A program made the position numbers and the translations under genes. Below, piece by piece: positions 23,732-35,809 of a stretch of 64,000 nt of DNA (position 1 is its first letter; every line of letters starts with the position of its first letter). Origin of the DNA: Histomonas meleagridis 2922-C6/04-290x. Its lineage: Eukaryota; Protista; Parabasalia. Below the pieces are notes generated by a model. That model did not search any database. It saw only the letters and a list, made by a program, of their open reading frames with translations, and was not told where the DNA came from. The DNA lies in the NCBI GenBank assembly GCA_020184695.1, contig JAANOX010000045.1:72684-136683 (forward strand). Reading direction: 5' to 3'.

Positions 23732-24600
23732 TCAAGCAATTTTCTTCGATACTCTGTTTGAGTTCATTTTCATTACCACTGTATGTGGATCATTTGAGGT
23801 ATAAATTTTTAAATCAGAACGATAAAAAGCATGTCGATTGTTCTCTGAAGTCGTTGCACTCAAAATAGCTAAGAGAACACGAGCAATTCGATCGACTGGG
23901 GTACCATTTTCATATTTTGAAGTTGTAGAACGAATTTCATTTTCAAAGACGCCGAATGTTACTAAATCGAGTGGTTGGAATAGATGCGAATGTGGAGGAA
24001 TAGCTACAAATCGTTCGTTGTTCTGAGTCAATTTTTTAATCATTTCATTATCGGATTGCTATGCACAATTGTCACAAATAAGAACAGTTGGTTTGTCCCT
24101 GAATTTTTCATCATTTCTCAAATTTCGAATGTAAACAAGAAAAAAATCATTAATATTATCTGAAATGATTTCCATCGAGGCATAAGCAGATTCTTGATAA
24201 CGTATGATAATATTCTCTTCAATGCGAATTCCTGATCGCAAAATTTCATTATTAAGAGTCTTTCTTGAGGTTATCATTAATGGTATTAATACATCACCAG
24301 CCATATAACTAGTAGTAATTAATAAGATTTTTTTTTCTGCTTCATCTGCACAATATTCAATTCTGGCATTTTTCGATAATGAAGGGATAACCACCTTTTT
24401 CGTTTTTCTATTGGCCAATTCCTGTTGACCAATCTCATCAAGATTAAAAATCAATTCTGTCGGCAAACCGCTCACATATTTTTCTGAATTTGAAATATGT
24501 TTTGAACAAGAACTCCTCGATAAATTTATTCGATCTTTTTCCTGTGAATAAGGCTTGGTCTTAACAATTTTATTTTGATGTCTTTTAATAAAATTACGAT
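23732..24600 (-). mobile_element. Decayed pogo/Tigger-like DDE transposase
   Basis: ELIFNLDEIG (D1), LICDNCA (D2) and PPHSHLFQPLDLVTFG (QPLD motif) across broken frames. Confidence 0.85.
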
Positions 24601-25118
24601 ATGAGTATAGAGAAACAGCAATATTAAATAGTTAAATAATATAATTACGAATTATAATCGTTCTTCACATACATTAGCTTAAAGGGTTGGGTTTTTATTT
24701 AAACTTTCACTATTTTATTAATTGCACGACAAAAATTTCCCCTATCGACTTCAAAAATTGAAGCAATTTTGCTCTCAGTCGTTGTAATAACATTATAATC
24801 TTTGATTATGATATATATTGCGATTACTTGCTTCATTCTAGATTTCGCATTTATCTGCATCCGATAATCACGTAATATGTATCTGACATCAGAATTGAAA
24901 AATTTTGTCGATAAAACATGTACTTACTGAGTTTCAGTGAATGAGGGCTTTTCTTTGAGGCTCATTTGGCGAAAAATAAAAAAAAAAATGGAAAAATTGC
25001 CATCTGAACGTATTTTGGTGTAAACAAAAGTGATGTATAATCTAATTCTCAGAAAACTTTTTAATAATAATATTGTGTAACAATTTTTTTTATGAACCAG
25101 TGGTCCATGAGCTACCAC

Positions 25119-26029
25119 ATGGATTTTGATAATTTAGTTCAAGCTACTGTATCTGTTGAACAACAAAGGATTGCTGAAAACACAAAAAGAACATATAATT
25201 TTTTGTTGCGTTCATATGACAATACGATGAATCAAATTCCTAATGCCCCCGAACCATATCCCATTACTGAGAATAAAACAGGTGCTTTTTTGGAATTCTA
25301 TAGGGGTCAACACCCTTAAACAACCTATTCCTACCTTAAATCATTCGTCTCGACTGTTGTATTCTATTTAAAAAAAGAATAACTTAGATGATTTTACGAA
25401 AACAAATAATTTTAAGTCGTACATGCTTGGTTTGAAAAGAATAATGAAGGGGAATACATCCCCAAATGCGAAAAAGTATGTCACAATACAACTTATTATA
25501 GAAATTGCAAAGAACTAATCAAAATGTAAAAAATGAAATAAAATATATGACAATAGAAAGTATGTGCTTTTATGGCTTTTTACGAATTTCTGAGGCGTGC
25601 AGATTAATGTGGATAGAAATAACATATGATCAGGACTGAAGTTTGGTATTACTCATTCCTTATTCTGAAACAGATCAGACAGGGAGGAGAGTCAATGTGT
25701 ACATTTGTCGTTCGAACACAATATATTCCCCTTTTCTATGGTTACCAAAATGGAAAGAATTAAGTCATATGAATGAAGAATCGAATGTCATTACATTATG
25801 TGATAGAACAGTTAGGAGAAAGTTTGAATTGCAACTTAAAATATTGGATTAGTGAATCCAGAGTTATTTAACACATTCTTTTCGTAAAGGGGCCGATCAT
25901 TAAGCATCATTGGCTGGAATTGCTGATTGCAAAATTAAAGCCCAAGGAAGATGGATTTCTTCATGCTATCAGCGTTATACTTCTATCCAAATGGTTGAGG
26001 CTGGAGATGCAATTACAGTAAAGATTTGA
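25119..26029 (+). mobile_element. Decayed tyrosine recombinase gene (DIRS/Crypton-like YR) with no adjacent RT
   Basis: Across stops and frameshifts: AENTKRTY (core-binding domain), FYGFLRISE (catalytic R), IPYSETDQTG (SKTDQ-like), HSFRKGA (HxxR, 25874), GRW and QRY (catalytic Y), then TGA at 26027-26029. Confidence 0.85.
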
Positions 26030-27071
26030 TTATTAACTCAATTTAAATTTGCTCATATAATTTTTTATATGAGATTGAAAAAGTTGTTACACAAAATTAT
26101 TTATCAAAAAGTTTTATGAGAATTTTAGTATGTTGTCTAGGTTTTTGATTAATTCATAATAGTATCATATTTCGCACATTTATTCGGGTCATAAATTATT
26201 TCAAAGTTCTCAGATTTAACTTTCTCATTTTACCCCATAATTTTCATTTATTTTTTCCTCTAGCTACTCTTTTGATCATACCGATATAGATTTACTTAAG
26301 TTAACGTTCGATCAGAAAGAGAGGGTAAAACGTCAAAAAGTACCTAAAAGTGACATGAATAAACTAACCAAAATATCAATTAAAAAAATGCTAAACACTT
26401 TATTAATGTATATCAAATATATATAAGAATTTGACTCAAAAAGCAATGGATTCAAAAAATAGCGGGATACACAAGCCTAGGTATGTCTCAACATGAAGAT
26501 AGACAGATTTATAATGGAAAACATATTAGTCATGATTCAATAAGAAAAGTCGATAATTCTATTGACAATGGCCAGGATTATTTATTATATGCGAAACATC
26601 AGGAAGTTTAAATTCGATGAATGATAATTATATGTCCGTCTTGTATCAATAAACGATGGATGATTTTTGTCTTTCGTATACTACAGAAAACTTGTTTCAA
26701 AGAAATGATAATGATTCTAATCTATTGTTAACTGGAGATGTTATTCTGGAAATTTATTTTGCACATAATTATGTTATAAAGTAGAAAACAGAAATAGTTG
26801 AAATTAATGTATAAAAAAATAATGATACTAATTACAATAATTCTCATTTAATGGATTTAGTTTCTCCAATTGCAGCAGAAGCAAATAGAAATACGGACAT
26901 CCAGATATTATATGATATTTATATTTATAAAATTTCGAAAATTTTTTGTCATCCAACCAGTAGGTTGCTTCAAATATACAGAAACTGTAAAATGTGAAAT
27001 GAGGTAAAATTGAGAGAGGAGTTATCACCCTCATTCATTAAATCTACATCCCGCATCTTTTTGAATGATTT

Positions 27072-28274
27072 ATGCCAATCGTTATCTTAAGATCAATAAA
27101 CATCTCAATCATCGTGACCCAGACACATATGCATTTTCCAGTTATTCTACCCATGCAACATACGAATTATGATAGACTAGCTGGTGATAAGAAAAAACAT
27201 TTGAATAATATTTTAGACTTACTGAAGACTCCAACAAGATTGGCAGATGGATCAATTCAGAAAATTTCTGATGAAACGAAAATACCAAAAGGTATGCTAA
27301 AAATCTAGCGAATCCAAATTCGACATTAATTGTACATGGAGTCAAAGGTGTATCAAGAATACTTAATAAGCAGATTGAAGATTCGATATATACAAAGATT
27401 ATGGAAGATTATATTCAACAGAGAAGATATTGTTCGTTGAAAACAGTCCAGACAGTTGCAAAACGAATTGTCTGTAATCATAAGCCAAATTTTAAAGCAA
27501 GTAGAACATGGGCCGAAGGATTTTCAAAAAGATACAATCTCAGTATAAGGGTATTACATGTTAAACGTCAAACTTAACCAAATGATGAAATTATGGCAAA
27601 ACTTGTCTCAGAGTTCGATGTTGCATTGATGCAATCACCAAAAAAATCAATATTTAATATGGATGAATTTTAAACGGTCGCTTAAAAATATTTCTCTAAA
27701 AGGTGATGATGATGTAACGATCTTATTAAAGTCAGACCCCAAAGAAACATAAACAGTAATTGCAACCATTAACGCAGAAGAAGAAAAATTACCTATAATT
27801 ATATTAGCAACTGGAAAAACAAATCGGTGTGAAGAAAAATATAAAAACCAAAGACTTAGAAAATATATCGCAAACAGAGATTTACTTATAATGCATTAAG
27901 AATCAGGATGGGCAACAGCGGATCTGATGAAACAATACCTCAAATGGTTGTCACGACAGATAGATAAATGAAATGCATCTTTACTTTTTAATCTGCATTC
28001 GTCTCACAGAGATGAAAAAGTTCAAAGTTATTCGGCAAAAAGAAATATTCAATTGTAATATATCCCAGCTGGTCAAATGGGATAGTGGCAACCGTTAGAC
28101 AGAAGCATATTTGGAAATTTAAAAAAAGTGTCACTATGAATTCGAAAAATACCTAATAAACAATAGCATCGATGAATATGATATCATTGATGCTATTGTA
28201 ATACTATTAGATGCTTGGGGGGAGATTCCCAATGAAGTTATTAGGAATTCCTGGAAACATTTAACCGAAAATTG
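27072..28274 (+). mobile_element. Decayed pogo-like transposase with CENP-B-type HTH
   Basis: FKASRTWAEGFSKRYNLS (HTH), SIFNMDE (D1), IPAGQ..WQPLDRSIFGNLK, ending IRNSWKHL. Confidence 0.85.
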
Positions 28275-29210
28275 AGAAAAAAAATCTTAAAAGTTCTTAA
28301 TAAACACTTGAAACCTATAATATTTTTCTTTTTTACAACTCATTTTAGCAATTATATGGATGAAATATTATTTGGCCGGCCAAAAAATACAAATATATAT
28401 GTTCAGATTTTTCCAATTCATACACATAATTTTATTATACTTCTCATAACAAGTTTTTAATATTAATTTTACTTAATGATTTTCAGGATTTAAAATGTTA
28501 TTCCAGAAATAAAATTTTCCCGCTTACATTTTTCTAGAAAGAGAAAATTGATTATTCTTCAATACAAAAATTACAATTTTTAAACAAAATAGTAGAATAC
28601 TTTTATTCATCGTACTGATATTTATTTAGTTTTCTATGTCAATATACCTCAATTTTGTTTGGTTTCAGGATTTTCAAGAAAAACATGAGAAAAAATAAGT
28701 TATTTGCGCTTAACGTACGTTGGGGGATGAAGTTTTAGTGAATAAGGGTAAAGGTAATTGATTTTTCAAACATAATGCTTCAAATTTTTTTTGAAGATAC
28801 CTGTGCTTTATCCGTATTATACATAATTGTTAAATCTCATAAAATTTCAAGCGATTTGTAGTTCTTGACTTCGAACTATTTAATTACTCAAAGGACCCTA
28901 TACCATTCATCCAATTGCGATAGGTTGATTCATGTCGTGGCAAATGAATAATGAGTTTTGGAGAATAGCTTGCATAGAATAATTATTATTTGGGTATTTG
29001 AATCTATAATTGAATAACTCTCGAAAAATCAACCATTATAAGATTTACTATTAGACTGTCGATTTCCCTAAATACGATATTAAATGGAATCGAATGTAAA
29101 AACGAAATTGGGGCACCTCATATTCTATCAACTTTTCCGGTTGCAAATTAACAAAAAATTGATAGACCTCTTTGAAACATTTAATTTTTAGCGTTCACCT
29201 GGAAGGTTTA

Positions 29211-32039
29211 ATGGAAAAAAGAATCTTAGAATTTGGCAAACAAATTTTTTCCACTGGGTTTTGTCAGGAAACTCTTCTTTACCCAATTGTAGTTAAAGAT
29301 TTTTTACAATTTTTTAAATCTGTTTTATCTTCAAATGATGAAGATAAAATTATTGGACTTTGTTACTCAGTATCACCTTTTCTTGCACAACATTTTTTTG
29401 ACCTCGGAGAAAACGAAATTTTGGAATTATGGGATAATATGATTTTATTATGTCAAAAAATAAAGACTCCTCTTGAGGAAAAAGGATTTTTTGAATCTGT
29501 TTCAGCAATGACATTATATAAATTCAAAATTTCACAGAAATTCCTTGATTTTTTAATTGATCCAGATTCTCGAAATGATTCAATTAAAGTTATAACCCTT
29601 ATTCTTTTGTATAAAATGTTACCGGATGGATTTATTATTGAACATTCCAAATATTTTATCACATTATTTACGGAGAATTTAAAAGATTTTTATTCATTAT
29701 ACTTACCATATCTTATCCGAATAATCATTGACTTAAATATGGATGCTAAGAGTCTTCAAAAAGTTCCAAATTTTGGATCTAATTTAATGTCAGCATCATA
29801 TTTGTTCATAAAAAATAATCCACCTAATTCAATAATTGTTCTTATAAACTCGTTATTTACGTTCCGCAAATGTATTGTTGGTTTTTTCAATGTCAAAAAT
29901 GAGTTTGTTCATACAAAATTATCACAAATTAATTCAACTGATATTGAATCCAATCTTTCTGCGTTAGTTCCATTCATTAGACTTTTACCATTTTTCAGTG
30001 AGGATGATCTTGATTCATTCTTTTCATATTTCAATCCAATTTTTTCAGATTATTTAATTTCAAAGTCAGTAATACCGAAAAATATAATATCAGAATTTCG
30101 TGAGACACAAATTGTTCTTCAGGTTGCGCCAATAATCGAAAAACTATATTCCATTTGTAGCCAAGCTTTGCAAACAGAATATTATCCTGCTGCCACTTTT
30201 GTGCTCAGCATTTTTTGTTTCACTTTTCTGAACCACTTCGACGGTTATCACGATTCAATTCTCGGCACTTTTGTAAACGGTCTCTCATCTGAATATCCAC
30301 ACAAAATTCCAATTATATTTTCTATATATGAAAATGTCGATTCTTATATTGAAAAAGAATTTTTAATCACTGAGAAAATCATACCCTTATTAATAAATAT
30401 TATTTCATCGACGAATGATGACAAAACGATTTATTGGTGTTTCAAAACACTTTGGACATTTCTTTATAACAATGGAATTAAGTTTTTCCCATCAGCCAAA
30501 AGCTTTTTAATATTATATGAGAATTTACCCCATAGCACACGTAGATATTTCTTTAAGTTTTTGGCTGCTTTTGTACATTTTTCACGGAACAATTCGACAG
30601 TTAATCCGATATTTTCATTTGCAGGATATTTATTTGATAAAAGCGAAACATTAGATAATGAAACCAAATCGAATTCATTATATTTAGCAAAATCATTAAT
30701 TAAATATGACGACAAATACTTAAATAGTTTTAAAGAAAAGTCATATGAAATAGCAAAAGAATTAATGTTTATGTCGAATTCCAATTTTTATGATATTTCA
30801 TTTCATTACATATGCGTTTTAAGTAAAATTACAAATGAAAAAGTATCTGACGAAATTATTAATCGTGCAATTGATATCTGTTTAGGAAAAGAAAAATGTA
30901 ATAATGAAATACAACTTAAAATAATTTCATGTTTAAGTAAATACATTGACTTTGTTCCATCTATAGCATTATTTGATGCACTTTTAGGATATCAAAATGA
31001 AGAAAATTCATTAAATGTGATGATGACCTTGTTAAAGAGCACTTATTTGAAAATTAATTACATAAATGAATTATTTGCGAAAATTATTTCAGTTTCCATT
31101 AAAACATTATCAGCGCAATTCTTAAGTAATTTGTTTTTGTTTGTTTCAACAATTATCACTAAAATATCAAAAGAAAATTTATTAAATTTGTTATTGTTAA
31201 CTTTACAAAATCGATTAAATATATTTAAAGAATTGCCTCCATATTATAACACCGAATTTTTATATTCGTTTTTCACATTTGTTAATTCGTATATAAATAT
31301 TTACACTAAAGAATCAAAATTAATTGTGAAACAACTTATGTATTGGATTGATTATGTTTCAAAATATTCATTACCTAAATTATTAAAAATATTCTTAACA
31401 GCTATTAAGAAAAATTTAGTTGATAAAAATGATTATGTTTTACTTATAAATTCATCCATTAATAGAATTAATAAACAAATTTATAGTATATCTATCGTTC
31501 GAATTGGGGTGGCCCTGATTATGACCGTTTGGAGAAAAGACAAAAATTCAATTGGCATTGAAAATTTGTTAGGATTCTTAGAAAATATTTGGGATGAGAA
31601 TTTCGAAGATATACGCTTTATAACATTATTAATTCCATTATTTATTGAAATCTTTTCGGACAGTAATTATAACGTAAAAGGTGACTTCGAAATATTTTAT
31701 GATATTTCAAATATAATAATTTCGGAATCACAAAAGTTTAATTATCCAAAATTAGTTAATGGTTACATTAACATGTTCCAAAATAAAATACCAATGAAAT
31801 CACTTTGCCAAAATACTGCAATTGTATTATTGCATTTCCTAATTAAAAATCGTAAAACTGCAAATGACGAAGGATTTAGCGATGAACTTTTGGTCAATAT
31901 GCATAAGTGTGTGAAACATTGCATAATGAGGGAAAATAATACAATGAAATTTTTGGCAAATTATTTCAAGGAGAAAAATGACGAATGGGAACGAGTAAAA
32001 ATGTTACTGAAGTCACCTACACTTCCGTTGTTTAAATAA
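29211..32039 (+). CDS. Large helical (HEAT/ARM-like solenoid) hypothetical protein
   Basis: About 940-aa intact ORF with amphipathic helical periodicity and no clear catalytic motif; the fold call is inference. First ATG at 29211. Confidence 0.55.
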   Translation: MEKRILEFGKQIFSTGFCQETLLYPIVVKDFLQFFKSVLSSNDEDKIIGLCYSVSPFLAQHFFDLGENEILELWDNMILLCQKIKTPLEEKGFFESVSAMTLYKFKISQKFLDFLIDPDSRNDSIKVITLILLYKMLPDGFIIEHSKYFITLFTENLKDFYSLYLPYLIRIIIDLNMDAKSLQKVPNFGSNLMSASYLFIKNNPPNSIIVLINSLFTFRKCIVGFFNVKNEFVHTKLSQINSTDIESNLSALVPFIRLLPFFSEDDLDSFFSYFNPIFSDYLISKSVIPKNIISEFRETQIVLQVAPIIEKLYSICSQALQTEYYPAATFVLSIFCFTFLNHFDGYHDSILGTFVNGLSSEYPHKIPIIFSIYENVDSYIEKEFLITEKIIPLLINIISSTNDDKTIYWCFKTLWTFLYNNGIKFFPSAKSFLILYENLPHSTRRYFFKFLAAFVHFSRNNSTVNPIFSFAGYLFDKSETLDNETKSNSLYLAKSLIKYDDKYLNSFKEKSYEIAKELMFMSNSNFYDISFHYICVLSKITNEKVSDEIINRAIDICLGKEKCNNEIQLKIISCLSKYIDFVPSIALFDALLGYQNEENSLNVMMTLLKSTYLKINYINELFAKIISVSIKTLSAQFLSNLFLFVSTIITKISKENLLNLLLLTLQNRLNIFKELPPYYNTEFLYSFFTFVNSYINIYTKESKLIVKQLMYWIDYVSKYSLPKLLKIFLTAIKKNLVDKNDYVLLINSSINRINKQIYSISIVRIGVALIMTVWRKDKNSIGIENLLGFLENIWDENFEDIRFITLLIPLFIEIFSDSNYNVKGDFEIFYDISNIIISESQKFNYPKLVNGYINMFQNKIPMKSLCQNTAIVLLHFLIKNRKTANDEGFSDELLVNMHKCVKHCIMRENNTMKFLANYFKEKNDEWERVKMLLKSPTLPLFK

Positions 32040-32534
32040 TAAATGAAATTTAATTTTTATTTTATTTAATCTGATTGTGAAAATTTTTTATTCATTAAAG
32101 AAAATATTTTTTTTTTCCTTAAAAAAATTACTATATCTAAAAAGATGTTTAAATATTTTAAGAATTCAAGTGATTTAGTATGTAAAAAAATATTTTTTGA
32201 CTATTTATCTTCAGTAAAAAGAAACACTTTTCCCTCAAACTCTGTTTATTTCTCCGAAATCCCTTAATACAAAATTTACATGTAAAATCAAATAAATTGT
32301 TAAAAAAATTATTTTCAACATATTGGCACGAAGTAGTTGTCCCAGACATTTTTCACCACTTGATCGTGTTTTATGCCACCGACTTTTTCTATCGGAGTCG
32401 TGTTTTCCCACAATTTTGATCTGTCGTTCTCAATGAAGGGTTGTGTGGCCGGATGATCCAATTAACAATTTGAATCGTTTATTTGAAATTTAATTGAAAA
32501 AGCTGTTTTTACGGTTACTTCAGTTCACTTTCGA

Positions 32535-33203
32535 ATGAGCGAAATTGGCGAAATAACTCCTGAAAGAATTGCTGCTGCAGAACCACTCGCTAACCAATGC
32601 TTAGAAATAGCTAGCCAAGTTCTTAATTCTTCTGACTGGAAGGAATCAAAAACTGAAGACGGTGTCAAATATTACACACGCTCTGTTCCAGGAAGCAGTT
32701 TCACAATGATTAAGAGCTCAGTTGTTGTCCCACGTCCACTTGATAAGATGGTTCAATTCTGCGCCCGCTTCAGAGAAGTTACATCTGAAACACCAGCTAA
32801 TCTTCGTGGTGGTGCTATCGAAAGAAGATTTTGGCCATTCCCAGGAACAAACGAGCACAATGAAGGTTTTATTTATCTTGCTCTTGAATCAGGTTCAATG
32901 TTTGTATCAAACCGTGATTTCGTCATGATCCGTAAATACTACGAAAAGGATGGAAGACACTACTACATCTGCGTCTCAATCGATGACGACAAGATTCGTC
33001 CACCATCAAAGAATCTTGTTCGTGGAAAGATTCTTTGCAACGCAACTGTCATCGAAGCTGAAGGTGATGGCACAAGAGTTTCTTTCATTGCACACGCTGA
33101 CCCAGCAGGTTCAATTCCAGCAGCAATTTACAACATGGCCTCATTAAAACAAGGTGCTTGCGTCAGGGCTATCCGTGACGATGCACTCAAAGAAATCAAC
33201 TAA
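32535..33203 (+). CDS. START-domain lipid-binding protein
   Basis: WKESKTEDGVKYY, VSNRDFV, NLVRG and HADPAG..P motifs typical of START domains; TCACT 5' of the ATG; stop overlaps TAAA. Confidence 0.88.
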   Translation: MSEIGEITPERIAAAEPLANQCLEIASQVLNSSDWKESKTEDGVKYYTRSVPGSSFTMIKSSVVVPRPLDKMVQFCARFREVTSETPANLRGGAIERRFWPFPGTNEHNEGFIYLALESGSMFVSNRDFVMIRKYYEKDGRHYYICVSIDDDKIRPPSKNLVRGKILCNATVIEAEGDGTRVSFIAHADPAGSIPAAIYNMASLKQGACVRAIRDDALKEIN

Positions 33204-33659
33204 AAATGATTACTTTATTAATTAGTATTCTTTGATTTTTTAAGCATTTATGATTTCATCGATGTATTTAATGTCAATGATTTATAATGGGTTTTCATTA
33301 TCATTATTTTACCCACCGAAATTCGAACAAAGAAGTTCAGTATCGATACGAGAATTTAATTTAACAAATGGAGAATTAATTTCTGATATTTCATTTCCAC
33401 AATTTTATTCGAATTGTATTTGTTTTGATCCTATTTCGATGTATTTCATTGATTTGCCTGATTATGAACTTTCGTATATATATAAAATTCAGCCGAATTT
33501 TTTGTTTCATTATTTTTTTCCATATAAAAATATATTAAGTAATGATTCGATATTTAATATAATGAATATATTACCTACGCTAATGTTTATCAAGAAAAGC
33601 AAAATAAAAGCTATTTTTAAATAAAAGAAGGAGAAATTTTAAGTGGCCGTTTAAAAATA

Positions 33660-34298
33660 ATGGATTTTGAAAAATTACAATATTTAAGACTTCGTTTAAA
33701 TAAAATAGTTCAAGCAAAAAGAATGAACGCAATAATGCAAGAAAACTTAAGGAAAAGAATCCAAGTTATTAATTCCAAATTATATCTGTTATCTTGTCCC
33801 CAACCAAATTATCCATCTAATATCTTTTTAGCGCAGTTGAAAATTTTTTCTCTTTCAGATGAAGAGAGTACTCAGCTTGTGGAGGCTTTTTGGAAAAAAG
33901 GACTTTTCAAAAATGATACTATTAATAGTCATACTACTAAAGTCAAAACAAAAAAGCCAATTGAAACTAAGAGAGATATATTTATGAATTTTGACCGAAG
34001 TTCAAGGCAAGAATGTTTATTATTTGAATCCTCAAATCTTCAAATGATGCAAAGATCAATTCCAAGTCCAATACGCTTACAGCCAACATTTTTTGACTGT
34101 GTTAGGTATCATGTAGTATCACAAATATTCGGGAAAAAATTACAAATTCGCGAAATATATCCAACGATGGAAATCAGGAAAGTTATGTCATTGATTCAAA
34201 GTAGCAAAAAGAAAGTGAGTCAAAATTTGGATGATATTGGATTTGACTCTAAGCAAATCCAGTATCAAATATCTGGTGTTCTTAATGATGTATCATAA
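33660..34298 (+). CDS. Hypothetical protein
   Basis: 212-aa ORF with ATG and plausible composition; the frame stays open about 50 codons beyond a TAA TAA pair. Confidence 0.5.
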   Translation: MDFEKLQYLRLRLNKIVQAKRMNAIMQENLRKRIQVINSKLYLLSCPQPNYPSNIFLAQLKIFSLSDEESTQLVEAFWKKGLFKNDTINSHTTKVKTKKPIETKRDIFMNFDRSSRQECLLFESSNLQMMQRSIPSPIRLQPTFFDCVRYHVVSQIFGKKLQIREIYPTMEIRKVMSLIQSSKKKVSQNLDDIGFDSKQIQYQISGVLNDVS

Positions 34299-35377
34299 TA
34301 ATATCTAAAATCTTTATGCACAAACGAAGCATTTCTAACCAAGAACACTAAAAACAAGCTATTGAATATTCTAAATCAAATATCCCTTTTATGCAAATCT
34401 CTTAACTTCTTAACATTTGTAATAATGTCATCGATCATAACAACTAATCAATAAAGATTTTCAAGTATAATTTTGAAATTCAAAATTAATATATCTTATT
34501 TCAAATAAAATAAATATTTTTAGCGTTAATATCAATTTCTTTTACAAGAATGTTAAATACATTTTAACATGTTCAAAGTTTTCTGATCTCTTACTAAAAG
34601 AAACATAATTTTTGGAATAAAATTTTTCACAAGGAAGTACCCTGATGTCGCTCCAATTCGCGTATCTATTATATTCATAAATTTTTGTATTAATTTTAAA
34701 ATTTCAAAGCCGTCAAAAATTGAATGCAATTTCATGTATCTCGAAAAATAGAGTATCATGAAAATAATGAATGACTTAAAAACACTTAATAACTAAAATT
34801 TAGATAATAATTTAAAAAGATAAATGATTTAATAATAATTAATAAAGATATTTGAATTTAAAAATTATTAAAACCGTTTTGTTTCAATGAATTTATTTCT
34901 GTTATCTTATTTCAATGAAAACAGATTCCTTTTACTGGGATTGATATTTTTGAGTAAAAAGAACCATAACATTATAAATTAACAAATGTTTCGATATCAA
35001 ATACGAGTTACACATTTATAATTCTTCGGAGGAGTGAAATCTAAAAATCAAACTGTGATTCTCATTCATCATTTTTCTATCTATCATTGTTATTCGACTA
35101 GATAACAGTTGTAATAAATACATTTAAAATATTCTATGAGTAATGTCATTTCTCGAAAAAAAGATGCTGATGTCTTCCTGTATATATTGTATATTTCATT
35201 ATATATCCATGAAGCAAATGAGGAACTTAATTATGGTCGTAAAGAACAACAATGAAATTTGTTTTCAGAATATATAAAAAAATCCATCTTTGAAGTATTC
35301 AAACCAATTAAAAAGCTGTTATTTCTGAATATCCCAGAAGAGACTCTATAAAATTTTTATTGATGTTAAAATAATAT

Positions 35378-35809
35378 TTACTTGAAATTTGACAAAATTA
35401 ACTCTCTCATCCGATTTTTGATGCTACTAACTTTTTCCCAATAGGCATCTAATATTGGTTTTTCTGGTTCCTGACTTATGTACTTATCATAGTTAAAATT
35501 AACGCAATCCTCATACCTCCAATTCTCTTCTTCATCTTTTTCCGCAGCTGACTCAAACAGTTTTCTTGATAAAGTGTGAGCTTTAAATTCATACTTACAG
35601 TACTTATGGTCTAATAATCTGAGATTTTTGTATAATTCACTTTTCATATCAATAGTTTTACCAATTAAATTAATGTCATTGCTTAAATTAAATTCAGGAG
35701 ACAACCCATTGACTTTAAAGGTACCAGAGTATTTGCCGATTTTAACCTGGGCACACATCCGGTTTTTATTGATTTTGTGTGAAATGACTTTTTGAGTTAT
35801 ATTTGACAT
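35378..35809 (-). CDS. Hypothetical 143-aa protein in a TE-rich block
   Basis: Intact ATG-initiated ORF with globular, non-biased composition; no family recognised. Confidence 0.45.
   Translation of the reverse strand: MSNITQKVISHKINKNRMCAQVKIGKYSGTFKVNGLSPEFNLSNDINLIGKTIDMKSELYKNLRLLDHKYCKYEFKAHTLSRKLFESAAEKDEEENWRYEDCVNFNYDKYISQEPEKPILDAYWEKVSSIKNRMRELILSNFK

Noticed and set aside
28371-28384. 14-bp palindrome TTTGGCCGGCCAAA
   Set aside because: Single occurrence with no matching partner or context; could not be tied to a TIR.
33250-33624. 124-aa ORF between the START gene and the 33660 gene
   Set aside because: Non-ATG start, biased composition and no motif; cannot be supported as a gene.
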